A stretch of DNA of 64,000 nucleotides from Gammaproteobacteria bacterium (GTDB taxonomy: Bacteria > Pseudomonadota > Gammaproteobacteria > Chromatiales > Chromatiaceae), in contig JAGRGU010000051.1 in the NCBI GenBank assembly GCA_020445335.1, positions 125 to 64,124 on the forward strand, given 5' to 3'. How positions within the stretch are numbered: the first letter of the stretch is position 1; each line of letters begins with the position of its first letter. The notes under the pieces are model-generated. The model ran no database searches. It saw only the letters and a list, made by a program, of their open reading frames with translations, and had not been told where the DNA came from. This document shows positions 31,472 through 39,258 of the stretch, piece by piece. A program made the position numbers and the translations under genes.

Positions 31472-32329
31472 TCAGGAAGAGGAACTCTGTATCGCCATCT
31501 CGATATAGAGCTCGCGCAGCCGCTTGGCCACGGGGCCAGGTGTGCCCTCGCCGATCGTGCGGCCGTCGATTTCGACCACCGGCAGTACCAGCGTGGAGGC
31601 GGAGGTAATGAATGCCTCTCGAGCGGCATGGGCCTCGTCGATGGTGAAGGGGCGCTCCTGAACGTCTATGCCGGTTGCGGCGGCCAGTTCGAGAATTGCG
31701 CGGCGGGTGATGCCGCTGAGAATATCGTGGCCGAGCTGGCGGGTAACGATGTTACCTTCGTGGTCGACGATATAGGCGTTGTTCGAAGAGCCCTCTGTGA
31801 TCCGATCACCGTCGACCATCCATGCGTCGTCCGCGCCGGCCTTTTTGGCCGCCATCTTGGCCATGCACGGTGCCAGCAGACCGATGCTCTTGATGTCTCT
31901 CCTCAGCCAGCGGATATCGGCAACCGTAATCACCTTGATACCGGTCGCTGCCAGCGGGTTCCGCAGGATCTCTTTGCTCTGGCTGAACATCACCAGCGAG
32001 GGTTCTGCCTGCGCCGGGTAACTGAAATCGCGATCCGCCGCGCCGCGCGTCACCTGCAGATAGATCAGTCCTTCATCGAGCGAGTTACGCCTGATAAGTT
32101 CGTGCTGGATGCGTTCGATCTCGTCGATATCCGCTGGTGCGTGCATCTCCAACGCGTCGAGCGATCTGCCCAGCCGCTGCAGATGCCGCCGGTTGTCGAT
32201 CAATTTGCCTTGGATCACGGAGGTGACCTCGTATACGCCATCGGCAAAAAGGAAGCCGCGGTCGAAGACCGAGATCTTGGCTTCCGACTCGGGTAGATAG
32301 CTGCCGTTAACGTAGACGGTTCTGCTCAT
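31472..32329 (-). CDS. dat: D-amino-acid (D-alanine) aminotransferase, fold-type IV PLP enzyme
   Basis: DRGFLFADGVYEV, IYLQVTRG and the RRDIKSIGLL catalytic-Lys region parallel Bacillus Dat. The start is set at MSRTVYVNG. Confidence 0.85.
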   Translation of the reverse strand: MSRTVYVNGSYLPESEAKISVFDRGFLFADGVYEVTSVIQGKLIDNRRHLQRLGRSLDALEMHAPADIDEIERIQHELIRRNSLDEGLIYLQVTRGAADRDFSYPAQAEPSLVMFSQSKEILRNPLAATGIKVITVADIRWLRRDIKSIGLLAPCMAKMAAKKAGADDAWMVDGDRITEGSSNNAYIVDHEGNIVTRQLGHDILSGITRRAILELAAATGIDVQERPFTIDEAHAAREAFITSASTLVLPVVEIDGRTIGEGTPGPVAKRLRELYIEMAIQSSSS

Positions 32330-32590
32330 GGTACGCCTCGCGATCCTCACAGTTTTCTGTCGCGCGCTATCCTAGAGCAGTCGTCGCTGATGGGCCAGGC
32401 GTTTCCGCGATCGATATGAAAAGTCACGGCGTGGGCGCCGAAGATGGATCAGCATACCGGCCAGCCGGCGGGGTGTCGAAAATGACAACTCCGCGGCTGC
32501 CGGGTCAGCCACGGCGGGAGATGTTTTGCACCGTTGAACAGTGCGCGGACGGCGTATCCGAAGCGGGTGCCGATCGCTTGTCGGCAGGGC

Positions 32591-32932
32591 TCAGAACTCA
32601 GCCCACTTCCAGGCGTCGGGGCCGGTGCGTCGATCCCCGCCTTTGCGATCCTCCTGCTTCTCTCCGGGCTTCCAGGCGTTGCCGCGGCGCTCCAGGCCTC
32701 GACGTCGATCGGTGACGCCGAGATACTGGCAGCTGCAATGCCCGGCGTCGCACCCTTTGACCGGCAGTTGAGGCGCTTTGCGGAAGGTGAAGAACTTGCC
32801 GGCGAAACGCGACGCCGCGCGGCAGCCACAGGTGGAGATCTGTACTCCGAGGAAGCGCTTGGATTTCTGCAGCATCTGCAGCTGTTCCTCGGGCGTCAAG
32901 GTTTTGCGCTGTTTTCTGAGTGTCCAGTTCAT
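32591..32932 (-). CDS. Small Cys-rich / Arg-rich hypothetical protein (113 aa)
   Basis: ATG start. Third codon positions are almost all G/C when read by hand (CTG, CAG, AAG, TTC, GGC...), consistent with real coding in this genome. Motifs TCGC...GCDAGHCSC followed by DRRRGLERRGN...GGDRRTG. The overlapping plus-strand reading frame is an implausible helicase leader. Confidence 0.5.
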   Translation of the reverse strand: MNWTLRKQRKTLTPEEQLQMLQKSKRFLGVQISTCGCRAASRFAGKFFTFRKAPQLPVKGCDAGHCSCQYLGVTDRRRGLERRGNAWKPGEKQEDRKGGDRRTGPDAWKWAEF

Positions 32933-33271
32933 GCTCAGTTATTCGGAACGGAGAGGGGGAACTTTAGCGCTGCGGACGCGATACTCTTGCGCGCTCTGCA
33001 GGGGCAGGGAGGAGAGTGGGAGAGCGTTGCCGGCGGGTGTCGAGGAGTGCATCTGCGAAACTCCGGTCACGCTGCGCTACGGATCACGGGAGCGATCGCG
33101 CGCCCGTTCATGAACGACACCACTAGGCGCCCGACTGCCCGCTATGCCTCTATCCGCAGAAGAGATCCATCGGCCCCCCTGGGGCGTCTGGCGTCCTCTC
33201 ATTACCCGGCCTGTTTGCTCGACCCACCCGGATCAAGGACTCACCGATTGAGCCCCCGCGGGGCTAGAGTG

Positions 33272-35719
33272 ATGCTGGATCAGGCGGACACGGAGCGGTG
33301 GATGAATGCGCGGCTTGAGGAGATGGAGCCTTTGGCGGGTGATGCCAATGCGCTTTCGCAGATACTGAAAGAGAGATATGGCGACAGAATCACCGGCGAA
33401 CTGCATTTGCCGGCAAGCGCGGGGCGCTACGCCGAACTGCCACCGGCGCTTGCGCCGCGGTTGCGCGCGGCGCTGTTGACGCGCGGCGTCGACCGGCTCT
33501 ACAGCCACCAGCACGAGGCCTGGGAGCTGGCGCAACGCGGACGGCATCTGGTGGTGGTCACGCCGACCGCTTCGGGCAAGACGCTCTGCTACAACCTGCC
33601 TGTCGTGGACGCGGCGTTGCGGCAACGCGCCAAGGCACTCTATCTCTTCCCCACCAAAGCGCTGTCGCAGGACCAGGTGGCCGAGCTCAACGAGCTCAAC
33701 CAGGCAGGCGACCTCGGCATCCGTGCCTACACTTTCGACGGCGACACCCCCGGAGACGCGCGCAAGGCGGTGCGCACGCGCGGCGATATCGTCGTCTCCA
33801 ATCCAGACATGCTGCACCAGGCGATTCTGCCGCACCACACCAAATGGGCCCAGTTCTTCGAGAGCCTGCGCTTCGTCGTGATCGACGAGATGCACGCCTA
33901 CCGAGGCGTGTTCGGCGCACATATGGCCAACCTGCTGCGGCGGCTGCGACGCATCTGCCGCTTCTACGGCAGCTCGCCGCAGTTCATCCTCGCCTCCGCA
34001 ACGATCGCCAATCCGGCTGAGCTAGCCGGGCAGCTGCTTGGCGAGGCGGTCAGCAGCGTCGACGATAGCGGTGCGCCGCGCGGCGAGAAGCGGCTGCTGC
34101 TGTGGAATCCTCCGGTGGTCAACGCCGACCTCGGCATCCGTGCCTCGTCGCGCTCGCAGTCGTTGATCGTGGCGAGGCTCGCCACCCGCATGGGATTGAA
34201 GTCGATCATCTTCGCCCGCAGCCGGCTGGCGGTCGAGGTGCTGACCAAGTATTTGAAGGATTGGTTCGACCGCAGGCCGGGACGGGCGCAACGTGTCAGC
34301 GCTTATCGGGGCGGCTATCTGCCGAGCGAACGTCGCGCGACCGAGCGGCGCCTGCGCGCGGGCAGTATCGACTGCGTGGTCACCACCTCGGCGCTGGAGC
34401 TCGGCGTCGATATCGGCGCGCTGGATCTCTGCGTGCTCAACGGCTATCCAGGCACCATTGCCGCCAGCTGGCAACGGCTGGGGCGGGCCGGGCGGCGCGA
34501 CCGCCCCGCGCTCGGCGTGCTGGTCGCGGGCAGCCAGCCGTTGGACCAGTACATCGTGCGCAATCCCGACTTTTTCCTCGGCGCCAGTCCGGAGCGGGCG
34601 CGTATCGCGCCGGACCAGCTGCTGATTCTGCTCGACCACATCCGTTGCGCCGCCTTCGAACTTCCCTTCCGGCACGGCGAGCGCTTCTCCGAGGTCGAAG
34701 CAGTTGAGCCCTTCCTCGAGTATCTTCAGAGCGAGGGGGTACTGCACCAGGAGGATGGCAGCTGGCACTGGATGGCAGAGAGCTACCCAGCCAACGCGGT
34801 CTCGCTGCGTGCAGTGGCCGAAGGCAACTTTGTGGTCGTCGAGCTGACCGCGGGCGAGCAGAAGATCATCGCCGAGGTCGACTACAGCGCCGCGGCGGAG
34901 ACGCTCTATCCCGGTGCCATCTATATGCTGCAGTCGCAGCCCTTCCAGGTCGAGCGGCTCGACTGGGAGGGGCGCAAAGCGTTCGTGACGCGTACCCGCG
35001 CCGACTACTACACCGATGCTATCGACTACTCCCGGCTGAAGATCCTGGATCGCTTCGAGCGGGCGCAAGCGGGCGACGCCAGGGTGGCCAACGGCGAGGT
35101 GCACCTGGTACGGCGGGTCTCCGGATATAAGAAGATTCGCTACTACACGCATGAGAATGTCGGTTACGGCAAGGTCAATCTGCCGGACCAGGAGATGCAC
35201 ACCACAGCGCTCTGGTGGCAGATTGATCCGGACGCGCTTGAGCGAGAGTTCGGCAATCGTCAGCAGGCGCTGGATGGCTTCCTCGGCGCTGCCTACGCGC
35301 TGCACCATGTCGCCGCGCTACAGCTGATGGCAGAGACGGGAGATATCGGACGTGCGGTGGGGGATGGCGGCGACGACGGCTGGTTTGCCACGGTGGGCGC
35401 ACAGGGACGGGGCGTGGTGCGTGACAGCGAGGGAGTGGAACGGTCGCCGGAGAATCAAGGACGTTTCCGCCCGACGCTGTTTCTCTACGACGACTACCCG
35501 GGCGGTATCGGCCTCTCCCGGCCGCTTTACGATGGGCGCGAGGCGCTGCTGCGGGGCGCTTGGGAGATGGTCGATGGCTGCGCCTGTCGGCAGGGGTGTC
35601 CCGCTTGCGTCGGCCCGCTGCTGGCATCGGATGAGAAGCGCGGCTTCTCCGCGCGTCAGGCAGCACTGCGGGTGCTGCGGCTGATGGCCGGCGGAGGTGC
35701 GTATGAAGCCGCTGGCTGA
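33272..35719 (+). CDS. DEAD/DEAH-box helicase with C-terminal DUF1998/MZB zinc domain (MrfA/YprA-like)
   Basis: Helicase motifs TPTASGKT, VIDEMH, SAT (LASATI) and QRLGRAGRR. C-terminal four-Cys cluster VDGCACRQGCPACVGP. The start is set at the ATG at 33272 (MLDQADTERW), giving 815 aa. The track ORF begins 246 codons earlier. Confidence 0.85.
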   Translation: MLDQADTERWMNARLEEMEPLAGDANALSQILKERYGDRITGELHLPASAGRYAELPPALAPRLRAALLTRGVDRLYSHQHEAWELAQRGRHLVVVTPTASGKTLCYNLPVVDAALRQRAKALYLFPTKALSQDQVAELNELNQAGDLGIRAYTFDGDTPGDARKAVRTRGDIVVSNPDMLHQAILPHHTKWAQFFESLRFVVIDEMHAYRGVFGAHMANLLRRLRRICRFYGSSPQFILASATIANPAELAGQLLGEAVSSVDDSGAPRGEKRLLLWNPPVVNADLGIRASSRSQSLIVARLATRMGLKSIIFARSRLAVEVLTKYLKDWFDRRPGRAQRVSAYRGGYLPSERRATERRLRAGSIDCVVTTSALELGVDIGALDLCVLNGYPGTIAASWQRLGRAGRRDRPALGVLVAGSQPLDQYIVRNPDFFLGASPERARIAPDQLLILLDHIRCAAFELPFRHGERFSEVEAVEPFLEYLQSEGVLHQEDGSWHWMAESYPANAVSLRAVAEGNFVVVELTAGEQKIIAEVDYSAAAETLYPGAIYMLQSQPFQVERLDWEGRKAFVTRTRADYYTDAIDYSRLKILDRFERAQAGDARVANGEVHLVRRVSGYKKIRYYTHENVGYGKVNLPDQEMHTTALWWQIDPDALEREFGNRQQALDGFLGAAYALHHVAALQLMAETGDIGRAVGDGGDDGWFATVGAQGRGVVRDSEGVERSPENQGRFRPTLFLYDDYPGGIGLSRPLYDGREALLRGAWEMVDGCACRQGCPACVGPLLASDEKRGFSARQAALRVLRLMAGGGAYEAAG

Positions 35720-36917
35720 GCGTCTCTCGGTGTTGCGCGCCGCTGCCGCCGCGAAACAGTCGCCGGCCGATCTGCACGAGCGGTTGTGTCGTCTGGGTTC
35801 GGCCAGGCAGCCCCGGACGCGGGCGCGGCAACCGGATCAAGCGTGGCTGGCGCAGCTGCTGCACGCGGAGAGGATCGCCGACGGGTTGTTGCGCATCGAG
35901 CGGCGCCTGCCAATCGATGGCCTCGCGATCTCTGCCCAGCCGAAGCTGCCCGCGCTGGCGCCGGCCGCGCCGCTGTTCATCGATACCGAGACCACCGGCC
36001 TGAGCGGCGGCAGCGGTACACTCGCCTTCCTCATCGGCTGTGCGCGCATCGAGTCCGGGCAACTGCTGCTGCGCCAGTATCTGCTGACCCGCTTCGGCGG
36101 CGAGCCGACGCTGCTGCGGGCGTTCGCCGCCGAGGTGAGCGGGGCGGAGTGTCTCGTCAGCTACAACGGCAAGTCCTTCGATCTGCCGTTGCTGGAGAAC
36201 CGTTTCCGGATGACCGGAGTGGAGAATCCGCTGGCTTCGCTGCACCATCTCGATCTGCTGCATTGGGTCAGACGCGCCTACGGTTCACGCTGGGCCGACT
36301 GTCGTCTCGAGCGGGTCGAAAGTCAGCTGCTGGATTGCGAACGCAGCGACGATCTGCCGGGGAGCCAGGCGCCGGCCGCCTGGTTCGATTGGATCCGCAC
36401 GGGTGAGGCTGGGCGGTTACCCGGCGTCATCCACCACAATCGCCGGGACCTGCGGTCGTTGGCGTTGCTGCTGCCGGAGCTGTCGCACGTCTACCGCGAT
36501 CCGGGTAAGCGGGGCGCCGATGCGCTGGCCGTGGCACGCTACCACCTCGCCGGCGGCGACCACGCTGAGGCGCTGCGGATACTGCAATTGAGCCAATCAC
36601 AGCTGACCGCGGGCGGGAGGATGGAATTGGCGCGGCTGCTGCGCCGGGAGGGGCGGCTGCCGGAGACGCTGTGCATCTGGCGTGAGCTGGCGGCGCATGG
36701 CGAGGCAGCAGCGCGCGAGCAGTTGGCCAAATACTACGAGCACAAGGTCGGCGACTATCACACCGCGTTGGCCTTTGCGCAGCAGCTGTCGGTCGACGCC
36801 TCCAGCCGCCACCGCTGCCGCCGACTGCAGCGTAAGCTGGCGGCGCAACAGGTGCAGCCGCGGCTGATCGCGGAGGGCCCACCGACTCAGTGCGCTCCCT
36901 GGAGAGCTCCTCAGTAG
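35703..36917 (+). CDS. RNase H-like DEDD exonuclease with C-terminal TPR-like repeats (MrfB/YprB-like)
   Basis: Exo motifs FIDTETTGL, YNGKSFDLPLL and HHNRRDLRSL. Helical repeat C-terminus. GGAGG lies 5 nt before the ATG at 35703. The gene overlaps the helicase 3' end by 17 nt. Confidence 0.8.
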   Translation: MKPLAERLSVLRAAAAAKQSPADLHERLCRLGSARQPRTRARQPDQAWLAQLLHAERIADGLLRIERRLPIDGLAISAQPKLPALAPAAPLFIDTETTGLSGGSGTLAFLIGCARIESGQLLLRQYLLTRFGGEPTLLRAFAAEVSGAECLVSYNGKSFDLPLLENRFRMTGVENPLASLHHLDLLHWVRRAYGSRWADCRLERVESQLLDCERSDDLPGSQAPAAWFDWIRTGEAGRLPGVIHHNRRDLRSLALLLPELSHVYRDPGKRGADALAVARYHLAGGDHAEALRILQLSQSQLTAGGRMELARLLRREGRLPETLCIWRELAAHGEAAAREQLAKYYEHKVGDYHTALAFAQQLSVDASSRHRCRRLQRKLAAQQVQPRLIAEGPPTQCAPWRAPQ

Positions 36918-38740
36918 CGCAGGTCCTCGCTGCGGAAAGGGCGCGGCGGCTCGGCATCGAGGATGTGCCGCAGAATATCGTTCATGGTGGCAGCGTCGTT
37001 GTCGAAGCCGCCGTGGCTCTTCGCCGTGGTGCGGGGGTTGCCGCCCGCGCCGCTGCTGTAGACGAACTCCAGGCGCTGCTTGAGCGCGCGGTCCAGCCCC
37101 TTGTTGTAGCGCTTCATCCCGAGCAGGGGTGCGGGGTTCTCCTCTTCGAAGGAGTTCGACACCAGATAGAGCAGCGATTTGCGGTAGACACCGGCGACAT
37201 GATCGTCCTGCTCCAGTTTGTCGTTCAGGTTATAGATGCGCATGCTGTCGATGGCGAAGCCGGCGTTCTGCTGCAACAGTGGGCGATAGTTCTGCCGGAA
37301 CAGTTCGACCGTGGCAGCGGGGGCCATCAGGCTGCAGCTGGCAACCCTCAGTTCGGGCGCCATCGCCGCCAGTCGTTGGGCCAGATGGGCCATCAGGATC
37401 GCACCGGTGCTGTGCCCGGCGAGATGGATCCGGGGAGGTGAGCTTACACCGGCGAATGCTTCGAGAAAGGCCTGCAGCGTATCGTCGCCCGCCGCTCCTT
37501 CGGCGAATGGCAGGCGAGCCCCGGCCTTCATCTCCCGCCAGAGCGCACGGCCGGGGGTCTGGGTAATGCGTTCGAGCACCCGGTCGAACCAGTCGGCAAA
37601 GCCGCCGACACGTGCTTCGGCACGCTCTTTCTTGCCCGCGACCACATCTTTCAACTCTTCCAACAGGCCGGTGTCGTACATGATGTGGTAGGGGTAGATG
37701 CGGTTCTCCTTGAAGATGTCACGCATCGCGCTGATGCGGCCGGCCGATGCCTTGGGGCTGTTGAGACCGCCATGCGCGTAGAACAGCAGGTGGTCGTATT
37801 TGCGGCTTTTGGCGATCAGCTTCGCGGTCTGACGGGTGTCGGCCAGTGTGCTCCAGTAACGGCCGGTCTCGTGGAAACGGCCATCGTCGATATGGACGAA
37901 GTGGCCAGCTATCTCGGCCCGTGTCGGTGAACGTCCGAGCCCTTCGCGGTCATCCAGTTTGCTCGAATACTGGCTTGGCGGTTTGTGCCAGATCTGCGGG
38001 GTCGGCAGTCCGAGACGGAAGACCCAGGCATCGCGGATATTCTCCTGCCAATCCTCGTAGAGCCAGAGTGCGACGCCATTCTTGCCCCAGGTTTTGCCCC
38101 ATGAGTTCTGCACCAGAAAGCCGCGGCTGTTGTAACCGACGATGGCAAATGCGTGACCACCCAGGGTTTCCGACCGGGGTTCGATCTCGCCGGATCGGGT
38201 AGCGCTCTTCTCCCAGCCGGCGTGGACCCGTGCCGAAACGTAGATGGCACCCACCTCGTTCAGTGCGGAGTGAAAATCGGAAAGCCGGTGCTGTAGCCGG
38301 TAGTAGGCGCCGAGCGTGTTCTCCCGCGCCTGCTTCGCGCGCTTGATGGTCAGCTCGCCGGGATTGGGGCGGTAGGGCCAATCGCGTTCGTCGCATACGC
38401 CCATCGCGTACCAGCCGCGGATGGCACCGCGGCAGCTCGAGCCGGGGTAGCGCTCGCCCGGCCACTCGTCGTGTCGTTTGGCCATTTCGTAGAGCATGCG
38501 CGGACTGACCAGGTCGCGCCGGCCGCGCTGCTGATTGAGCAGGTTGATCACCGCTGCCAGGCCGAACCCGGTGCAGGCGCCTTCGCTGCCCTGATCGAGA
38601 ATGATCAGGTTGGGCGGCCTGCGAAGATAGGGTTTGAGGCGTACCAGCGCCGGCTGGTAGATGAGGTCACGGAAATCGGGAATGTCGGCGACGGCATTCA
38701 GCTGGTACTGATCGAGTTGGACTGTCTCGGATTGGCTCAT
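36911..38740 (-). CDS. Two-domain hydrolase: N-terminal papain-like (C1) cysteine peptidase fused to a C-terminal alpha/beta-hydrolase-like domain
   Basis: C1 catalytic triad contexts: QGSEGACTGFG (Cys), GGHAFAIVGYN (His), VQNSWGKTWGKNG (Asn-Ser-Trp). C-terminal half: LLFYAHGGLNS and the nucleophile elbow HLAGHSTGA (GxSxG). No signal peptide. The start is at the ATG at 38740, preceded by AGGAG. Confidence 0.8.
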   Translation of the reverse strand: MSQSETVQLDQYQLNAVADIPDFRDLIYQPALVRLKPYLRRPPNLIILDQGSEGACTGFGLAAVINLLNQQRGRRDLVSPRMLYEMAKRHDEWPGERYPGSSCRGAIRGWYAMGVCDERDWPYRPNPGELTIKRAKQARENTLGAYYRLQHRLSDFHSALNEVGAIYVSARVHAGWEKSATRSGEIEPRSETLGGHAFAIVGYNSRGFLVQNSWGKTWGKNGVALWLYEDWQENIRDAWVFRLGLPTPQIWHKPPSQYSSKLDDREGLGRSPTRAEIAGHFVHIDDGRFHETGRYWSTLADTRQTAKLIAKSRKYDHLLFYAHGGLNSPKASAGRISAMRDIFKENRIYPYHIMYDTGLLEELKDVVAGKKERAEARVGGFADWFDRVLERITQTPGRALWREMKAGARLPFAEGAAGDDTLQAFLEAFAGVSSPPRIHLAGHSTGAILMAHLAQRLAAMAPELRVASCSLMAPAATVELFRQNYRPLLQQNAGFAIDSMRIYNLNDKLEQDDHVAGVYRKSLLYLVSNSFEEENPAPLLGMKRYNKGLDRALKQRLEFVYSSGAGGNPRTTAKSHGGFDNDAATMNDILRHILDAEPPRPFRSEDLRY

Positions 38741-38919
38741 GGGGACTCCTGTCGGTGATGCCGAATGCACCGAGTATAGATCCTTTCTCCGCGCTGCTCT
38801 CCGGATCGCGCCCAGGGTTCCATGCTCGCGGCCTTGACCTGAGGCAATTGCCCGCTGTCGGCCATTGTCTAGAATGCGCAACACCGATCAACCGCCACCT
38901 TTCGAAGTGTCCAGTCACC

Positions 38920-39258
38920 ATGCCCATCACCAAAGCCCTGCCACTGCTGCTGGTGAGCACCGCGCTGTTCGCCGCGCTCTCTCCTCAGCAGTTCGACACC
39001 ATCAAGGTGCTCGGCGATCTCAATGCCGTGGCGCTGCAGTGCGGCCATCTGGATCAGACCCGGCGCATCAAGACGGCGCTGGTGGCGCACCTGCCGAAGC
39101 GTCGGGAGCTCGGGTTCGCCTTCGATCAGCAGACGCATACTGCGTTTCTCAGGTTTATCGAAGATGAAGAGCGCTGTCCGGATGCGATCGGATTCGCTGC
39201 CGAGGTCGACGCGGCGATAGAGAGGTTGCGGCAGTCGTTCGCGGGAGCAAAAGAGTGA
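38920..39258 (+). CDS. Small secreted hypothetical protein (112 aa, two Cys)
   Basis: Signal peptide MPITKALPLLLVSTALFAA. The TGA stop overlaps the GTG start of the next gene (GTGA). Confidence 0.6.
   Translation: MPITKALPLLLVSTALFAALSPQQFDTIKVLGDLNAVALQCGHLDQTRRIKTALVAHLPKRRELGFAFDQQTHTAFLRFIEDEERCPDAIGFAAEVDAAIERLRQSFAGAKE

Noticed and set aside
32946-32962. GAAC-GGAGAGGGG-GAAC upstream of the helicase, as a possible LexA box linking MrfAB-like genes to SOS.
   Set aside because: The spacer is 9 nt, not the 7 nt of the alphaproteobacterial operator or of the repeat seen at lexA. It is also more than 300 nt from the helicase start.
32534-33271. 246-codon N-terminal extension of the helicase ORF (the track lists 32534..35719 as 1061 aa).
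   Set aside because: The extension has no helicase or other domain content and an Ala/Arg/Gly-rich shadow-like composition. It overlaps a better-looking antisense ORF (32591-32932). MrfA-type helicases are about 750-820 aa, which matches a start at the ATG at 33272.
34022-36263. Minus-strand ORFs of 428 aa and 362 aa.
   Set aside because: They are antisense to the helicase and exonuclease genes, whose catalytic motifs are all readable on the plus strand.
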